Positions 1 to 8,921 are shown, numbered from the stretch's first letter. The stretch: DNA of 64,000 nucleotides from an uncultured virus (IMG/VR IMGVR_UViG_3300009169_000002) (IMGVR_UViG_3300009169_000002); one strand, 5' to 3'. The notes: generated from the letters alone by a model not told the origin. Made by a program: numbers and translations.

Positions 1-223
1 CGAAGCCACCCCCGGCACAGCGCTTGTGCTTGCGGACTACTGGCGCACCGAGGCGGAAGCGAACGACGAGTGGATGACCGCCAACATGAAGGTCGGCAAG
101 GCCCGGGCCGTTGCGCGCAGCAGCATCCACGCTGGCTCGTACCACGCTGGCAAAGCGCACGCGGACAGCATTAACCTGTCCCGTCAGCTGAGCGCCGGCA
201 AGGGTGCTCCCCGACTCAAGTAA
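1..223 (+). CDS. C-terminal part of DUF2786-type protein (probably continues 63641..64000)
   Basis: Open from window start in frame 2; ends SYHAGKAHADSINLSRQL, resembling DUF2786-family C-termini. Confidence 0.6.
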   Translation, partial: EATPGTALVLADYWRTEAEANDEWMTANMKVGKARAVARSSIHAGSYHAGKAHADSINLSRQLSAGKGAPRLK

Positions 224-227
224 CCGC

Positions 228-257
228 TTGCGATCAAGCGCAGGAGCCGCCTACTAT
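228..257 (+). promoter_or_regulatory. sigma70-like promoter
   Basis: TTGCGA-N18-TACTAT. Confidence 0.55.
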
Positions 258-264
258 GCACACA

Positions 265-535
265 CCCCGGGCAGCGCGGGAAATCAGCTGCCGGGGGCAG
301 GGTCGGTCCGGATGAGTACAGTAATGTGAAAACCGGATTCGCCCCTGTCCCATACTTTACTGGACCTCAACGGGGTGCAGGACACCGGGCAACCGGAAAC
401 AAGTACCGTTGCGCGAAGTCCGACCGAGGGATGGGTCGCGCTATCCTTCGGGACGACACCCGTAGGCGCGAACCCTGCGGTCACGGCGGACGGGTCGGGG
501 ACTGGTGCCTCGACCCGTCTTGCTCTAACAATAGA
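265..535 (+). ncRNA. putative multi-domain structured RNA / csrA leader
   Basis: Five consecutive stem-loops with GUAA, GCAA and UUCG tetraloops; 13 GGA triplets in 279-551; no credible ORF. Confidence 0.55.
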
Positions 536-550
536 CAAGGGAGTGGACGG

Positions 551-730
551 ATGCTGATTTTGACTCGTAAGCCCGGCGAAACCATTTGCATCGGGGACGA
601 AATCCAGATTACAATACTCGGTGTCTCGGGGCATCAAATACGCATCGGCATCGATGCACCTCGGGACGTGCCGGTCGACCGCAAGGAAGTGTACTTGCGC
701 AAACAAGCTGAAAAAGGGATTGACAAATGA
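551..730 (+). CDS. csrA: CsrA/RsmA-family RNA-binding protein
   Basis: [58 protein letters not shown]. Confidence 0.95.
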   Translation: MLILTRKPGETICIGDEIQITILGVSGHQIRIGIDAPRDVPVDRKEVYLRKQAEKGIDK

Positions 731-1047
731 CCACACATGAGCTCAAGGTTTGGCCCGAGTTCTACGGACCTCTGCACACCGGCGACAAGCTGTTCGAGCT
801 TCGCTATGATGACCGATACTACAAGGTCGGCGACGGTCTGGTGCTGCGTGAGTTCGCACCGTGCCGCGCATGCCATGGCAAGGGCCAGCAGCCCATGCTC
901 GGCGCAGGGATGGACCCGTTTGCGTGAGAGGAGTGCAAGGGAACCGGAGGTGCGTACACCGGGCAGTCCATCCGGCGCGTCATAACGTACATCCTCAAAA
1001 AGCACGTCGCACTCCAGTCCGGTTACGTTGTGCTCGGCTTGACGTAG
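727..1047 (+). CDS. DUF3850/ASCH (PUA-like) protein with DnaJ-type Zn-finger insert, interrupted by in-frame TGA at 925-927
   Basis: [33 protein letters not shown] before the [24 protein letters not shown] after it in the same frame. Confidence 0.75.
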
Positions 1048-1048
1048 C

Positions 1049-1243
1049 ATGTTCATCCCAAGCTGGCAAGAGAAAATGCTGGACCGTGCCGCAAGGCACG
1101 TCCTGCTGCCCGTTTGGGTTCGCGCTGACGGAGGAACCATTTGCACTCACCCCGGATGTGGGCTACCATATCGGGATCACCCGCAAGCGGTGCCGCACAT
1201 CACGCTCACGCTGCTGTGTGACGGGAGGTACGTGAAGTTATGA
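1049..1243 (+). CDS. hypothetical Cys/His protein
   Basis: Packed between neighbours; CTHPGC..H..C. Confidence 0.6.
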   Translation: MFIPSWQEKMLDRAARHVLLPVWVRADGGTICTHPGCGLPYRDHPQAVPHITLTLLCDGRYVKL

Positions 1244-1515
1244 CCATCAGTACACCGCTCGAAATGATTGCCATTTGGCGTCAAGGGTGCTCGGTGTCCG
1301 CAGAGCGCACGGACCCGGATGACTTGAAGCACGAGGGTCCGCAACCCGAGCTCTGCCCCGAATGCACACGGGGACTTGTCGACGGGCTGGAAGTGTGGTT
1401 ACGCATGCCCCTCTGGAAGCGCGTGTGGCTTCAGTCGCGCGGTTATGTGTGGCTGCGCAAGTACGTGGCCTGGAAGATGAACCAACATCCTGACAAGCGA
1501 GGAAGCGAAAATTGA
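1240..1515 (+). CDS. hypothetical protein
   Basis: ATGA overlap with previous gene; CPEC. Confidence 0.6.
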   Translation: MTISTPLEMIAIWRQGCSVSAERTDPDDLKHEGPQPELCPECTRGLVDGLEVWLRMPLWKRVWLQSRGYVWLRKYVAWKMNQHPDKRGSEN

Positions 1516-1601
1516 TTACCGTTCTCTGGGTTATGCTTGGTGTGGCTGTAGTCGCTGGAATAGTTGAAGCGGCTCTGACGGTGTGGCGTAACGAGGAGTA
1601 A
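1512..1601 (+). CDS. small single-TM protein
   Basis: TTGA overlap; hydrophobic 29 aa. Confidence 0.4.
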   Translation: MITVLWVMLGVAVVAGIVEAALTVWRNEE

Positions 1602-1611
1602 GCAATAGCTA

Positions 1612-1640
1612 TTGCATGATGCATAGTCGGTGCGTATAGT
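1612..1640 (+). promoter_or_regulatory. sigma70-like promoter
   Basis: TTGCAT-N17-TATAGT. Confidence 0.7.
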
Positions 1641-1671
1641 GTGCCAGTATTGATTTGATTACGGAGCACAC

Positions 1672-2013
1672 ATGGCAGTCGCGGGTACACTTGGGGGCGA
1701 GCTCCACCTTGTAGCGCGGCACGGCCACACCGTTGGCGCGTTCACGGTAACGTGGACCGATGCGAATGGTGCAGTCGACTACACGGGCGCCACGTTCGAC
1801 TCCGCAATCAAGCCCACATGGGACGACGCTGCGGTCGACAACTTCGACATCGCGCAGACCAACGCTGCTGGCGGCGTGTTTGAATTCGAGCTCCCCTTCG
1901 GACGCTGTGCTGCGTTGACGGAGGGTGCGAAATACGTGTACCTGATCAGCGTTACCTTGGGCGGGAAAAAGATTCCCCTGCTCCAAGGCACGCTCGATCT
2001 TAGGGGCGCGTGA
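1672..2013 (+). CDS. putative virion accessory protein
   Basis: RBS GGAG; beta-rich 113 aa; first gene after promoter. Confidence 0.6.
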   Translation: MAVAGTLGGELHLVARHGHTVGAFTVTWTDANGAVDYTGATFDSAIKPTWDDAAVDNFDIAQTNAAGGVFEFELPFGRCAALTEGAKYVYLISVTLGGKKIPLLQGTLDLRGA

Positions 2014-2240
2014 TGCTGACGGTTGTCCCACAGTGGGGGCAGCTACAGGTTAACGGCGGCTCGGCGCAGGCTTTGCAAGTTACCGCGCCGAACGGTGTGC
2101 TTCTCGACGTTGGAATGTCCAGCGTTACGAACATTGACGTTGGACTCCCCGCAACCATCAATCTAGATATCGGCGTGCAAGGCCCTCCGGGCTCTGGCGG
2201 CGCAGGTACAGGCAACTCCTATTTCCCGAGCGGTTGGTAA
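2010..2240 (+). CDS. small putative fibre-associated protein
   Basis: GTGA overlap; ends GVQGPPGSGG..YFPSGW. Confidence 0.55.
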   Translation: MMLTVVPQWGQLQVNGGSAQALQVTAPNGVLLDVGMSSVTNIDVGLPATINLDIGVQGPPGSGGAGTGNSYFPSGW

Positions 2241-2276
2241 CGCCGCGCTCATCCAAATTTTTTATCGAGGTTCGCC

Positions 2277-3977
2277 ATGACAATTGTAGCAGCAGACTGG
2301 AGCGTTGACCGCACCACCAAGAACGTCCGGTACATCGGTGACGACCATGTGCGCTTCGGCGGCACGACCCCGAGTTATGCGACGGTCATCGAATTTCACC
2401 GTTGGTTGCAGGACTTGGCGGATGACGCCAGCTACGCAGGCAACGACGAGCTCGACATCACGGACGTTACCCCGTCCGAGCGTGCAACGGACAACTTCGT
2501 CACGCTCATCAACGGGTACAACATCGACGCCACCACGGCGGAGCACTTGTACGACGGCTCCATTGTGCAGGGCGGCGGCACCGACATCTGGGACGGCATC
2601 GTCAACTTCGGTAACTCCGACGTCCAGATCCAGCTCATCCAGAACGGCGCGGTGCTGGCGGACGATTGGTGGAACACTGCGAGCGGCGGTCTGAACTCCG
2701 ACGCCACTGCGGGTATCTCGCACCGCTTCATGCTCAAGACGCGCACGTCGGGCACGGACATCGACTTGCGCAAGATCCTCGGCACAGCGCGTCGCTTCGG
2801 CAAGACGTACAGCGAGTTCAACATCAACGGCACCTCGCGCGGTAACAACGTCCTCGCGTTGGCAGACGCCACCGACTTGAACAACGCGACGGTCATCGGT
2901 ACGGTCGCGGGTTGGGCCACGATTGCCAATATCACGGAAGGGTACAACCCCATCGACATCGACAACGATGGCGACAACGAGTTCCTGTACAGCGAATGGA
3001 ACCGCGACATCTACTCGATCAACCAGTTCTACGAGCGCATGAAGTGGCTCACGCGCGACGGTTCAACGGAGACCCTGTACGGCCTGAGCGGTGAACTGTT
3101 CCGCGGTATCACCCACGAACTCACGATGACCACGCCGCGCAGCGGCACGTTCAGCGCGTTCGAGGCAGTCAGTTGGTCGGGCGGCACGGGCCAGATGCTT
3201 GCGGTGAACGTCGCAGCAGCGGCCACCAAAATCTGGATTCAGCTGCTGACGGGTACTGCCCCGGGAACGGGTGTGCTCATCACGGGTGGCTCGTCCGGCG
3301 CAACCGGCACGACCAGTGGCTCCGCGCTCGAGCGGCCTGTGTCGAAGCCCTTCTGCGGTGTCAGCACGGGTTCAGCGCTCATCGGTGCGTTCGGCTTCTC
3401 GCTCGAGTACGCTGACCTTTCGAACACCGACCTCATCACAGCCCTGGACGGTGTGACGTACAGCCCACCGAACAACGTCACGTTCAGCGTCGGCGGCCTG
3501 GTCGTAGGCGAGGACCGTGTGCTCGTGGGACCGGAGCTCGCAGGCGGCTTGAACTACGGGCAGTTCGCGCTCAACGGTGCGCTGACAGGTGCAGCGGTGA
3601 CCGCTGTGGTCATCACCGGCCCCATCCCTGCGGACACGCCGAGCAGCGGCACCATCCGTATCGAGCGCGCGGACGGAGCATACACGCTGCATCCGTACAG
3701 CTCGTGGACCGGCAGCACGTTCACGATCACCTCGCACAACTTCAGCACGAACAATGCTGCCAACGCTGCGGACGTGTTCATCAGCTACATCGACAAGCTC
3801 GCAGCGAGCACGACCGAGTCTTTCACGGTTGTGTATGCAGGCTCGCCTCGAGCGCTGTTCATTCGTGTGCGCGACGGTGGCACGGTTGGCGCCAGCCCCA
3901 TCAAGACCTTCGAAACGACGGGTTCGCTCGGTGCAGCAGGCGGCAGCACGACAGCGATCCGCACGCCCGACTTGTAA
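2277..3977 (+). CDS. putative virion structural protein (566 aa)
   Basis: RBS GAGG; G/T/A/S-rich; strongly C/G-ending codons like the capsid and tail genes. Confidence 0.7.
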   Translation: MTIVAADWSVDRTTKNVRYIGDDHVRFGGTTPSYATVIEFHRWLQDLADDASYAGNDELDITDVTPSERATDNFVTLINGYNIDATTAEHLYDGSIVQGGGTDIWDGIVNFGNSDVQIQLIQNGAVLADDWWNTASGGLNSDATAGISHRFMLKTRTSGTDIDLRKILGTARRFGKTYSEFNINGTSRGNNVLALADATDLNNATVIGTVAGWATIANITEGYNPIDIDNDGDNEFLYSEWNRDIYSINQFYERMKWLTRDGSTETLYGLSGELFRGITHELTMTTPRSGTFSAFEAVSWSGGTGQMLAVNVAAAATKIWIQLLTGTAPGTGVLITGGSSGATGTTSGSALERPVSKPFCGVSTGSALIGAFGFSLEYADLSNTDLITALDGVTYSPPNNVTFSVGGLVVGEDRVLVGPELAGGLNYGQFALNGALTGAAVTAVVITGPIPADTPSSGTIRIERADGAYTLHPYSSWTGSTFTITSHNFSTNNAANAADVFISYIDKLAASTTESFTVVYAGSPRALFIRVRDGGTVGASPIKTFETTGSLGAAGGSTTAIRTPDL

Positions 3978-3980
3978 TAA

Positions 3981-5558
3981 ATGGCAGCGGCAGCCTACAC
4001 CACAGACCTGACCGATATTGATACGGCTGAAACGAACGGCACGTACACCAATATCGGGACAGGTGCGGACGCGCAGGAGACGGACTACTTCATCCAAGGA
4101 AGTGCGTGCGTCTCCAAGCCGTTCAACATTACTGCGGGTGGCATCTACCACAACGAAGGCGCGGCAATCACGTTTGCCACGGACGAGTGCTACTGGCTGT
4201 GGACATACTTCGGCGCACCGAACGCGCTGCTGTCTGAGACCGCAGGCGGGATGCAGGCGTTCGTGGGCTCGAGCGGTACAGCTTACCGTCTGTGGGACTT
4301 GTACGGCTCCGATAACTACACGTATGGCGGTTGGCGTTGCTACCCCGTTGACGTTGTCAACGTTGCAGCAGACGACACGGTAGGCGCTCCGACAGGAACG
4401 CGCCAATACTTCGGGTGCTATGCGCGAACCTCCGTTGGCATCGGCAAGGGCAACCCGCTCGGCTTGGACGTTATGCGTAAGGGGCGCGGAGAGCACCGCT
4501 ACGCGAACGGCGACCTCGCCAACGGTTACGCCACGTTCGCAGGCTTCGAGGCTGTTAACAGCGCGCAGAGCGCTCGTTGGGGCTTGTGCCAATTCGAGGA
4601 TGGCAGCTACCGCATACAGGGAATGATCGTGCTCGGGTACGTGAACCCCGTGGACTTCCGCGACTCGAACAAGAACCTCGTCTGGAACAACACGAAGAAG
4701 GTCACCTCGGGCTTCAACCGGATTGAAGTGCGGCAGGCCGGTTCGCGCGTGGACTGGACGAACATCAATATCACCGCGCTTGGCACGGTAGCGCGCGGGA
4801 ACTTCGAGTGCATTGCCAATGCGGACGTGAACCTCGATACGTGCGTGTTCACCGACATGGGTACGTTTATATTCCAGTCCGCTTCAACGATTGATACATG
4901 CACCTTCCGCCGCTGCGATCAGGTGACAGCAGGCGGCGCAGCGTTCACGGACTGCACGTTCTCGCGCACGACAGCAGCTTCAGCTGTGTCCGCGACAACG
5001 CTCAACATCTTCGACAACTGCCAGTTCACTTCGGACGGCAGCAGTCACGCTGTGAACCTCGGCACCATTGCTGCGACCACGGCAATGAACTGGAACAACT
5101 TTGCGTCTGGGTACGCAGCGACCAACGGCAGCACCGGCAACGAAACGATCCTCGTCAACGTGGCATCGGGGCAGACGCTTACAATCAACGTTGGCGCAGG
5201 GTACACGACGCCCACGTATTACAACACGGGTGCAGGAACCGTGACGGTTGTGTCCGGGCAAGTTACGACGGAAATCACCGTCATCGACGTCGTGACAGGT
5301 TTGCCGCTACAGAATGCGCGCGTGTACCTCACTGCGACGGGTGGCGGACCGCTGTCGGATGGTACGGTTATCTTCAACACGCTGACCGACGTGAACGGGC
5401 AGGTGAGCGACATCCGCTCGCTTGCTGCGAACCAACAGGTGACCGGATGGGTGCGCAAGTCTACGAGCGCACCGTTCTATAAGAACTCACCCATCACCGG
5501 CACAATCAGCAACGCGACCGGGCTGTCGCTCACCGTGCAGATGATCCCTGATGAATGA
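3981..5558 (+). CDS. putative virion protein with parallel beta-helix and C-terminal Ig-like domain
   Basis: Repeats LDTCVFTD/IDTCTFRR/FTDCTFSR/FDNCQFTS; C-terminal TGLPLQNARVYL..TDVNG. Confidence 0.65.
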   Translation: MAAAAYTTDLTDIDTAETNGTYTNIGTGADAQETDYFIQGSACVSKPFNITAGGIYHNEGAAITFATDECYWLWTYFGAPNALLSETAGGMQAFVGSSGTAYRLWDLYGSDNYTYGGWRCYPVDVVNVAADDTVGAPTGTRQYFGCYARTSVGIGKGNPLGLDVMRKGRGEHRYANGDLANGYATFAGFEAVNSAQSARWGLCQFEDGSYRIQGMIVLGYVNPVDFRDSNKNLVWNNTKKVTSGFNRIEVRQAGSRVDWTNINITALGTVARGNFECIANADVNLDTCVFTDMGTFIFQSASTIDTCTFRRCDQVTAGGAAFTDCTFSRTTAASAVSATTLNIFDNCQFTSDGSSHAVNLGTIAATTAMNWNNFASGYAATNGSTGNETILVNVASGQTLTINVGAGYTTPTYYNTGAGTVTVVSGQVTTEITVIDVVTGLPLQNARVYLTATGGGPLSDGTVIFNTLTDVNGQVSDIRSLAANQQVTGWVRKSTSAPFYKNSPITGTISNATGLSLTVQMIPDE

Positions 5559-5760
5559 TTCCGTACACCTCCGCAACGCGAAAGCACTGAACGAGCGCAA
5601 TAAGCAAGACCGTGTGCGGCACGACGAATTGCTTCAGCGCGTCCAGCATCTCGAGAATCAGGTGACCATGCTGCGCTCGGAAAACGAGCAACTCAGACAG
5701 CAGGTTTACGGTATCCTAGCCGCACGCGGCACAGGGCCGACCTCTAGGAGTAGCGGGTGA
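5551..5760 (+). CDS. small coiled-coil protein
   Basis: Heptad pattern; overlaps both neighbours. Confidence 0.6.
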   Translation: MNDSVHLRNAKALNERNKQDRVRHDELLQRVQHLENQVTMLRSENEQLRQQVYGILAARGTGPTSRSSG

Positions 5761-6338
5761 TCACAATTAACTGGAGCACGCGCGAAATTTTTGTGCCAAC
5801 AGCGGACCTCACGTTGGTGCAGTCTGTCCCGTCGTTCATTTACGAGCTTGACCTTAATACATTTCGGCTCGTTCTGAAAGACTTGGAAGACAACGTCGAG
5901 GGCATGCCCTACCCGACAACGCATAACCACAACACTGAGGTCAGCGTCGCTGGTGTGACGCTGGCGCGCGTTATTGAAATGATCAACGGGTACACCGTCA
6001 CCTTCGAAGACGGGCAGTACGCTGTGAACCTTATCAACGCGAACTCCAACGTCGGTGACGTTGTGAACGTGAACCAAGTGTCTGTGCGCGTAGCCAACTC
6101 CGCTGGCTTGATTACTGTGGGTGGCGCGAGCCCGTGGACGGAAGTCATTGAGAACGGCGTTACCGCTGCCGGCATCCTACGTCTGCTCGCAGCGGTTGCA
6201 GCAGGCAAGACAAGCATCGTCAATCTTGGCAACGGGTTTGCGACGGTCACGTTCCGCAGCTTGGCAGACGACAAGGACCGCATCGTGGCAGACATGACGG
6301 GCAGCGAGCGCAGTGTGGTCACGCGAGACGTAACATGA
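5757..6338 (+). CDS. putative virion structural protein
   Basis: GTGA overlap; 193 aa beta-rich. Confidence 0.65.
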   Translation: MITINWSTREIFVPTADLTLVQSVPSFIYELDLNTFRLVLKDLEDNVEGMPYPTTHNHNTEVSVAGVTLARVIEMINGYTVTFEDGQYAVNLINANSNVGDVVNVNQVSVRVANSAGLITVGGASPWTEVIENGVTAAGILRLLAAVAAGKTSIVNLGNGFATVTFRSLADDKDRIVADMTGSERSVVTRDVT

Positions 6339-6442
6339 AACGACCGGACCCGATTCGTCTGTTGAAAATTCTTGTCTTGGCAGGCGTCGTCGGGTACGTC
6401 GTTTGGAACTTCCCGCAGCTCGGATGGCTAGGCGGAGGCTGA
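6335..6442 (+). CDS. small single-TM protein
   Basis: MKRPDPIRLLKILVLAGVVGYVVWNFPQLGWLGGG; ATGA overlap. Confidence 0.5.
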   Translation: MKRPDPIRLLKILVLAGVVGYVVWNFPQLGWLGGG

Positions 6443-6609
6443 CGCCGCTCGAGGAGCATCTTGCATGGATCTTTCAGCATGGGGGATGGCGACGCGCCAT
6501 TCACGCATCTAAAGAAGATTCAAAAAAGGATTTCAGCGAAGCACCGATCAAAGCCTGGTGCGACGCACGCGAGAAAAAGCCCCGCCGCCGGAAGGTCGAT
6601 GCACGCTGA
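6424..6609 (+). CDS. hypothetical basic protein
   Basis: ATG start MARRRL; fills gap between genes. Confidence 0.4.
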   Translation: MARRRLTPLEEHLAWIFQHGGWRRAIHASKEDSKKDFSEAPIKAWCDAREKKPRRRKVDAR

Positions 6610-6699
6610 TTTGCCCCCTCGAGTCTTAGCGTGGAAATTTCCGGCGGTGGGCACCTTAGAGCCTGTGGTGACATGCTGCGGAGTGCGGTATAACGTAGC

Positions 6700-7209
6700 A
6701 TGGCAACACCAATCACCCCCGAGTACCTTGCTCGCAGCGGCACCGAGCACGGCGAGCAGGCTGCCGTCTTCTGTTGGGCTGCACAGAACCGAACCGAGTT
6801 CCCAGAGCTTCGCTGGCTGCACGCTATCCCGAACGGTGGCGGACGCAGCATGGCGCAAGGTGCAGCACTCAAAGCTGAAGGCGTGAAGGGTGGCGTGGCA
6901 GACGTTTGCCTACCTGTGGTTAGACCGGGGCGCGGCAACACGCAGTTCGTCGGGCTTTATATCGAGATGAAAAAGCGGGACGGCGTCCCTTCAAACGTGT
7001 CGGCTGAACAGCTCGACTTCGGCGCGTTTGTGCTTGCTCAGAGCTATGCTTGGGTTCCGTGTTTCGGTTGGCAGCAAGCGACACGGCTGATTCAATCGTA
7101 CCTGCGAGCCGAGCTGTATGTCCACTCCGAGCACCAACAAACCGTTCTGAAAAAAGCATGGGAGCTATCGCGTGCCACGTATACCGAAATCTGCCCAACG
7201 TCACATTGA
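6700..7209 (+). CDS. VRR-NUC family nuclease
   Basis: EH.EQ..HAIPNGGGR..LKAEGVKGGVAD..LYIEMK..SAEQ. Confidence 0.9.
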   Translation: MATPITPEYLARSGTEHGEQAAVFCWAAQNRTEFPELRWLHAIPNGGGRSMAQGAALKAEGVKGGVADVCLPVVRPGRGNTQFVGLYIEMKKRDGVPSNVSAEQLDFGAFVLAQSYAWVPCFGWQQATRLIQSYLRAELYVHSEHQQTVLKKAWELSRATYTEICPTSH

Positions 7210-7534
7210 CGCTCTGAACCGTATCCGTCGCGAGGGTATGGCCAAGCTGAACAAAGCAATCGAGATGAAGGTTGCTGCATACGACGGTCCGGTCCCTCGC
7301 CGCATGGCAGTGGACGAGACACCGAGCGGCATGCACGCTGCTCACGACGTGTACCTCAACGGCGTGAAGCAACGCTTGTGCATCGTTGCAGACATGGACA
7401 AGGGTTACGTCAAGCGCTACGTGTCCGGGGTCGGTAACATCCCGCTCCGTAACCGCAAGGGCAACACAGACACCGAGCTCCTGTTCGGTGACGTGCAGAT
7501 TGTGCGGAAGGGAACGAAGCTTGGATCGCAGTAA
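7172..7534 (+). CDS. hypothetical protein
   Basis: 120-aa ORF in operon. Confidence 0.6.
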   Translation: MPRIPKSAQRHIDALNRIRREGMAKLNKAIEMKVAAYDGPVPRRMAVDETPSGMHAAHDVYLNGVKQRLCIVADMDKGYVKRYVSGVGNIPLRNRKGNTDTELLFGDVQIVRKGTKLGSQ

Positions 7535-7745
7535 CATCGAGCAGAAGCTGCGCGACGCACTGGTGAAGCAAGTAGCGGTCCAGCACCAGATGGACGGGCT
7601 GCGCAAACTGCATGACGCAGCGATGGTCATGGACAACCGTTCGCTCGTTGCAGTGTACCGTCAGCAGATGCACGACCTGCTCGACTTGCAGCTTGACACG
7701 CAGTCTGAAATCTGCTCGCTCACCCGTAACATAGTCAACTTCTAA
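7521..7745 (+). CDS. hypothetical helical protein
   Basis: TTG start after AAGGGA; stop overlaps next ATG. Confidence 0.55.
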   Translation: MDRSNIEQKLRDALVKQVAVQHQMDGLRKLHDAAMVMDNRSLVAVYRQQMHDLLDLQLDTQSEICSLTRNIVNF

Positions 7746-8053
7746 TGAAGAGCTGTTACACGCTGCGCATGCCCGACGGGCATAGCATCGCAATCCTGGA
7801 CCTGTCAAAAGTCCGGGGGCGCGTGTACGAGATAAACCGGATTAACGTACCAGAGCGCCACAGGGGTCGCAGGTACGGTGCAGCCCTGCTGCGCGAGGTG
7901 TGTACCGAGGCTGACCGCTGCGGCGTGCTGCTGCGCTTGGTGGCGATGGCAAGCGGTGGTATGAGCGCAGCGGAGCTCGAAGCGTGGTACACCCGTCACG
8001 GTTTTGTGCAGCGCAGCAACGGGTATTCCTATCGGGAACCTCTAGGGGCTTGA
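7745..8053 (+). CDS. GNAT-family acetyltransferase
   Basis: RINVPERHRGRRYGAALL (motif A); WYTRHGF. Confidence 0.85.
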   Translation: MKSCYTLRMPDGHSIAILDLSKVRGRVYEINRINVPERHRGRRYGAALLREVCTEADRCGVLLRLVAMASGGMSAAELEAWYTRHGFVQRSNGYSYREPLGA

Positions 8054-8078
8054 CCCATGCTTGCGCCCTTGCTATGCT
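8050..8078 (+). promoter_or_regulatory. sigma70-like promoter
   Basis: TTGACC-N17-TATGCT. Confidence 0.7.
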
Positions 8079-8104
8079 TGGGTCACTTAGATAAGGAGAT
8101 TGAC

Positions 8105-8185
8105 ATGGAACTCGTGATTCTTGCCCTTTGCGCCATCCCCGCTCGCTTCATCGGGCACTTGATTGCTCGCATGCTTGGTCTCTGA
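8105..8185 (+). CDS. small hydrophobic peptide
   Basis: RBS TAAGGAG; 26 aa. Confidence 0.5.
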   Translation: MELVILALCAIPARFIGHLIARMLGL

Positions 8186-8187
8186 CC

Positions 8188-8364
8188 GTGCGCAAGGTTC
8201 TAATCGCTTTCGTGCTGTTGTGCGTTGCTGTCGTGCTCACAGGGCTGAGCTACCGCGACACGCTAGGCCTCAAGCGCTCCGAGTGGCGCTGCATTGCCCG
8301 GGACGTTGGGTCCGGCCAGTGCGACGTGTACGAGCGCTTGGCGCGCGACCGGGGAACGGACTGA
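8188..8364 (+). CDS. small membrane-anchored protein
   Basis: N-terminal hydrophobic segment; WRC..CDVY. Confidence 0.55.
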   Translation: MRKVLIAFVLLCVAVVLTGLSYRDTLGLKRSEWRCIARDVGSGQCDVYERLARDRGTD

Positions 8365-8795
8365 TGGCTAAGCTCGTCTGGCGTGTGCAACCGGCGCCGA
8401 CCGGGAAGTACCGCTCGTTCCAGAAACGCGGTTGGCCGACTGCATGCTACAAGGGGACGGAAACCCCTGCTGCGTTCCTGTGGTGTGAGGACGATTACCA
8501 TCCGGCACGGGTACGGGAAGGGCAGCACAGGGAAATCACGATTACTGTGCTGCACCACAACCATCCGGAGAACCCCCGGTCGTGGAAGCAATTCGCACTC
8601 AAAGCGAAGTCGGAGACCCTTGAGGGTGCAAAAATGCTGGCACAGCAGTTCTTGGATGTCCATCCCACATTCCATCCTAGAAAGCCAGTCCCGCTGTGTG
8701 ATATTTGCAACAAACACCCGGCAGTCACGCTCACGCAGGTCCATGGGATCGATACACAGGTTTGCGCTTCGTGTCAAGGAGGGGATGCACCATGA
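8364..8795 (+). CDS. hypothetical protein with C-terminal Zn ribbon
   Basis: CDIC..CASC. Confidence 0.65.
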   Translation: MAKLVWRVQPAPTGKYRSFQKRGWPTACYKGTETPAAFLWCEDDYHPARVREGQHREITITVLHHNHPENPRSWKQFALKAKSETLEGAKMLAQQFLDVHPTFHPRKPVPLCDICNKHPAVTLTQVHGIDTQVCASCQGGDAP

Positions 8796-8902
8796 TCAAG
8801 AAATGGGTTGGCCGGCTGCTGTGCAGCATAGGTTGGCACGACTGGAGGGAGTATTATGGAGCGGAAGGGTGCTCCCGCTGTCCAGCGTTCCGGAGACCCT
8901 AA
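8792..8902 (+). CDS. small Cys/His protein (DUF1660-like)
   Basis: RLLCSIGWHDW..CSRC; RBS AGGAGG. Confidence 0.5.
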   Translation: MIKKWVGRLLCSIGWHDWREYYGAEGCSRCPAFRRP

Positions 8903-8921
8903 AAATAGTTTGAAAGGGGGC

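Noticed and set aside
308..336. Hammerhead ribozyme (GAUGAG..GAAA)
   Set aside because: Lacks CUGA core and three-helix junction; flanks pair with each other
326..550. N-terminal extension of CsrA
   Set aside because: CsrA starts at MLIL with its own RBS; upstream sequence is better explained as structured RNA
925..927. Genome-wide TGA reassignment
   Set aside because: TGA is a normal stop in many conserved genes, often in ATGA/TGATG overlaps
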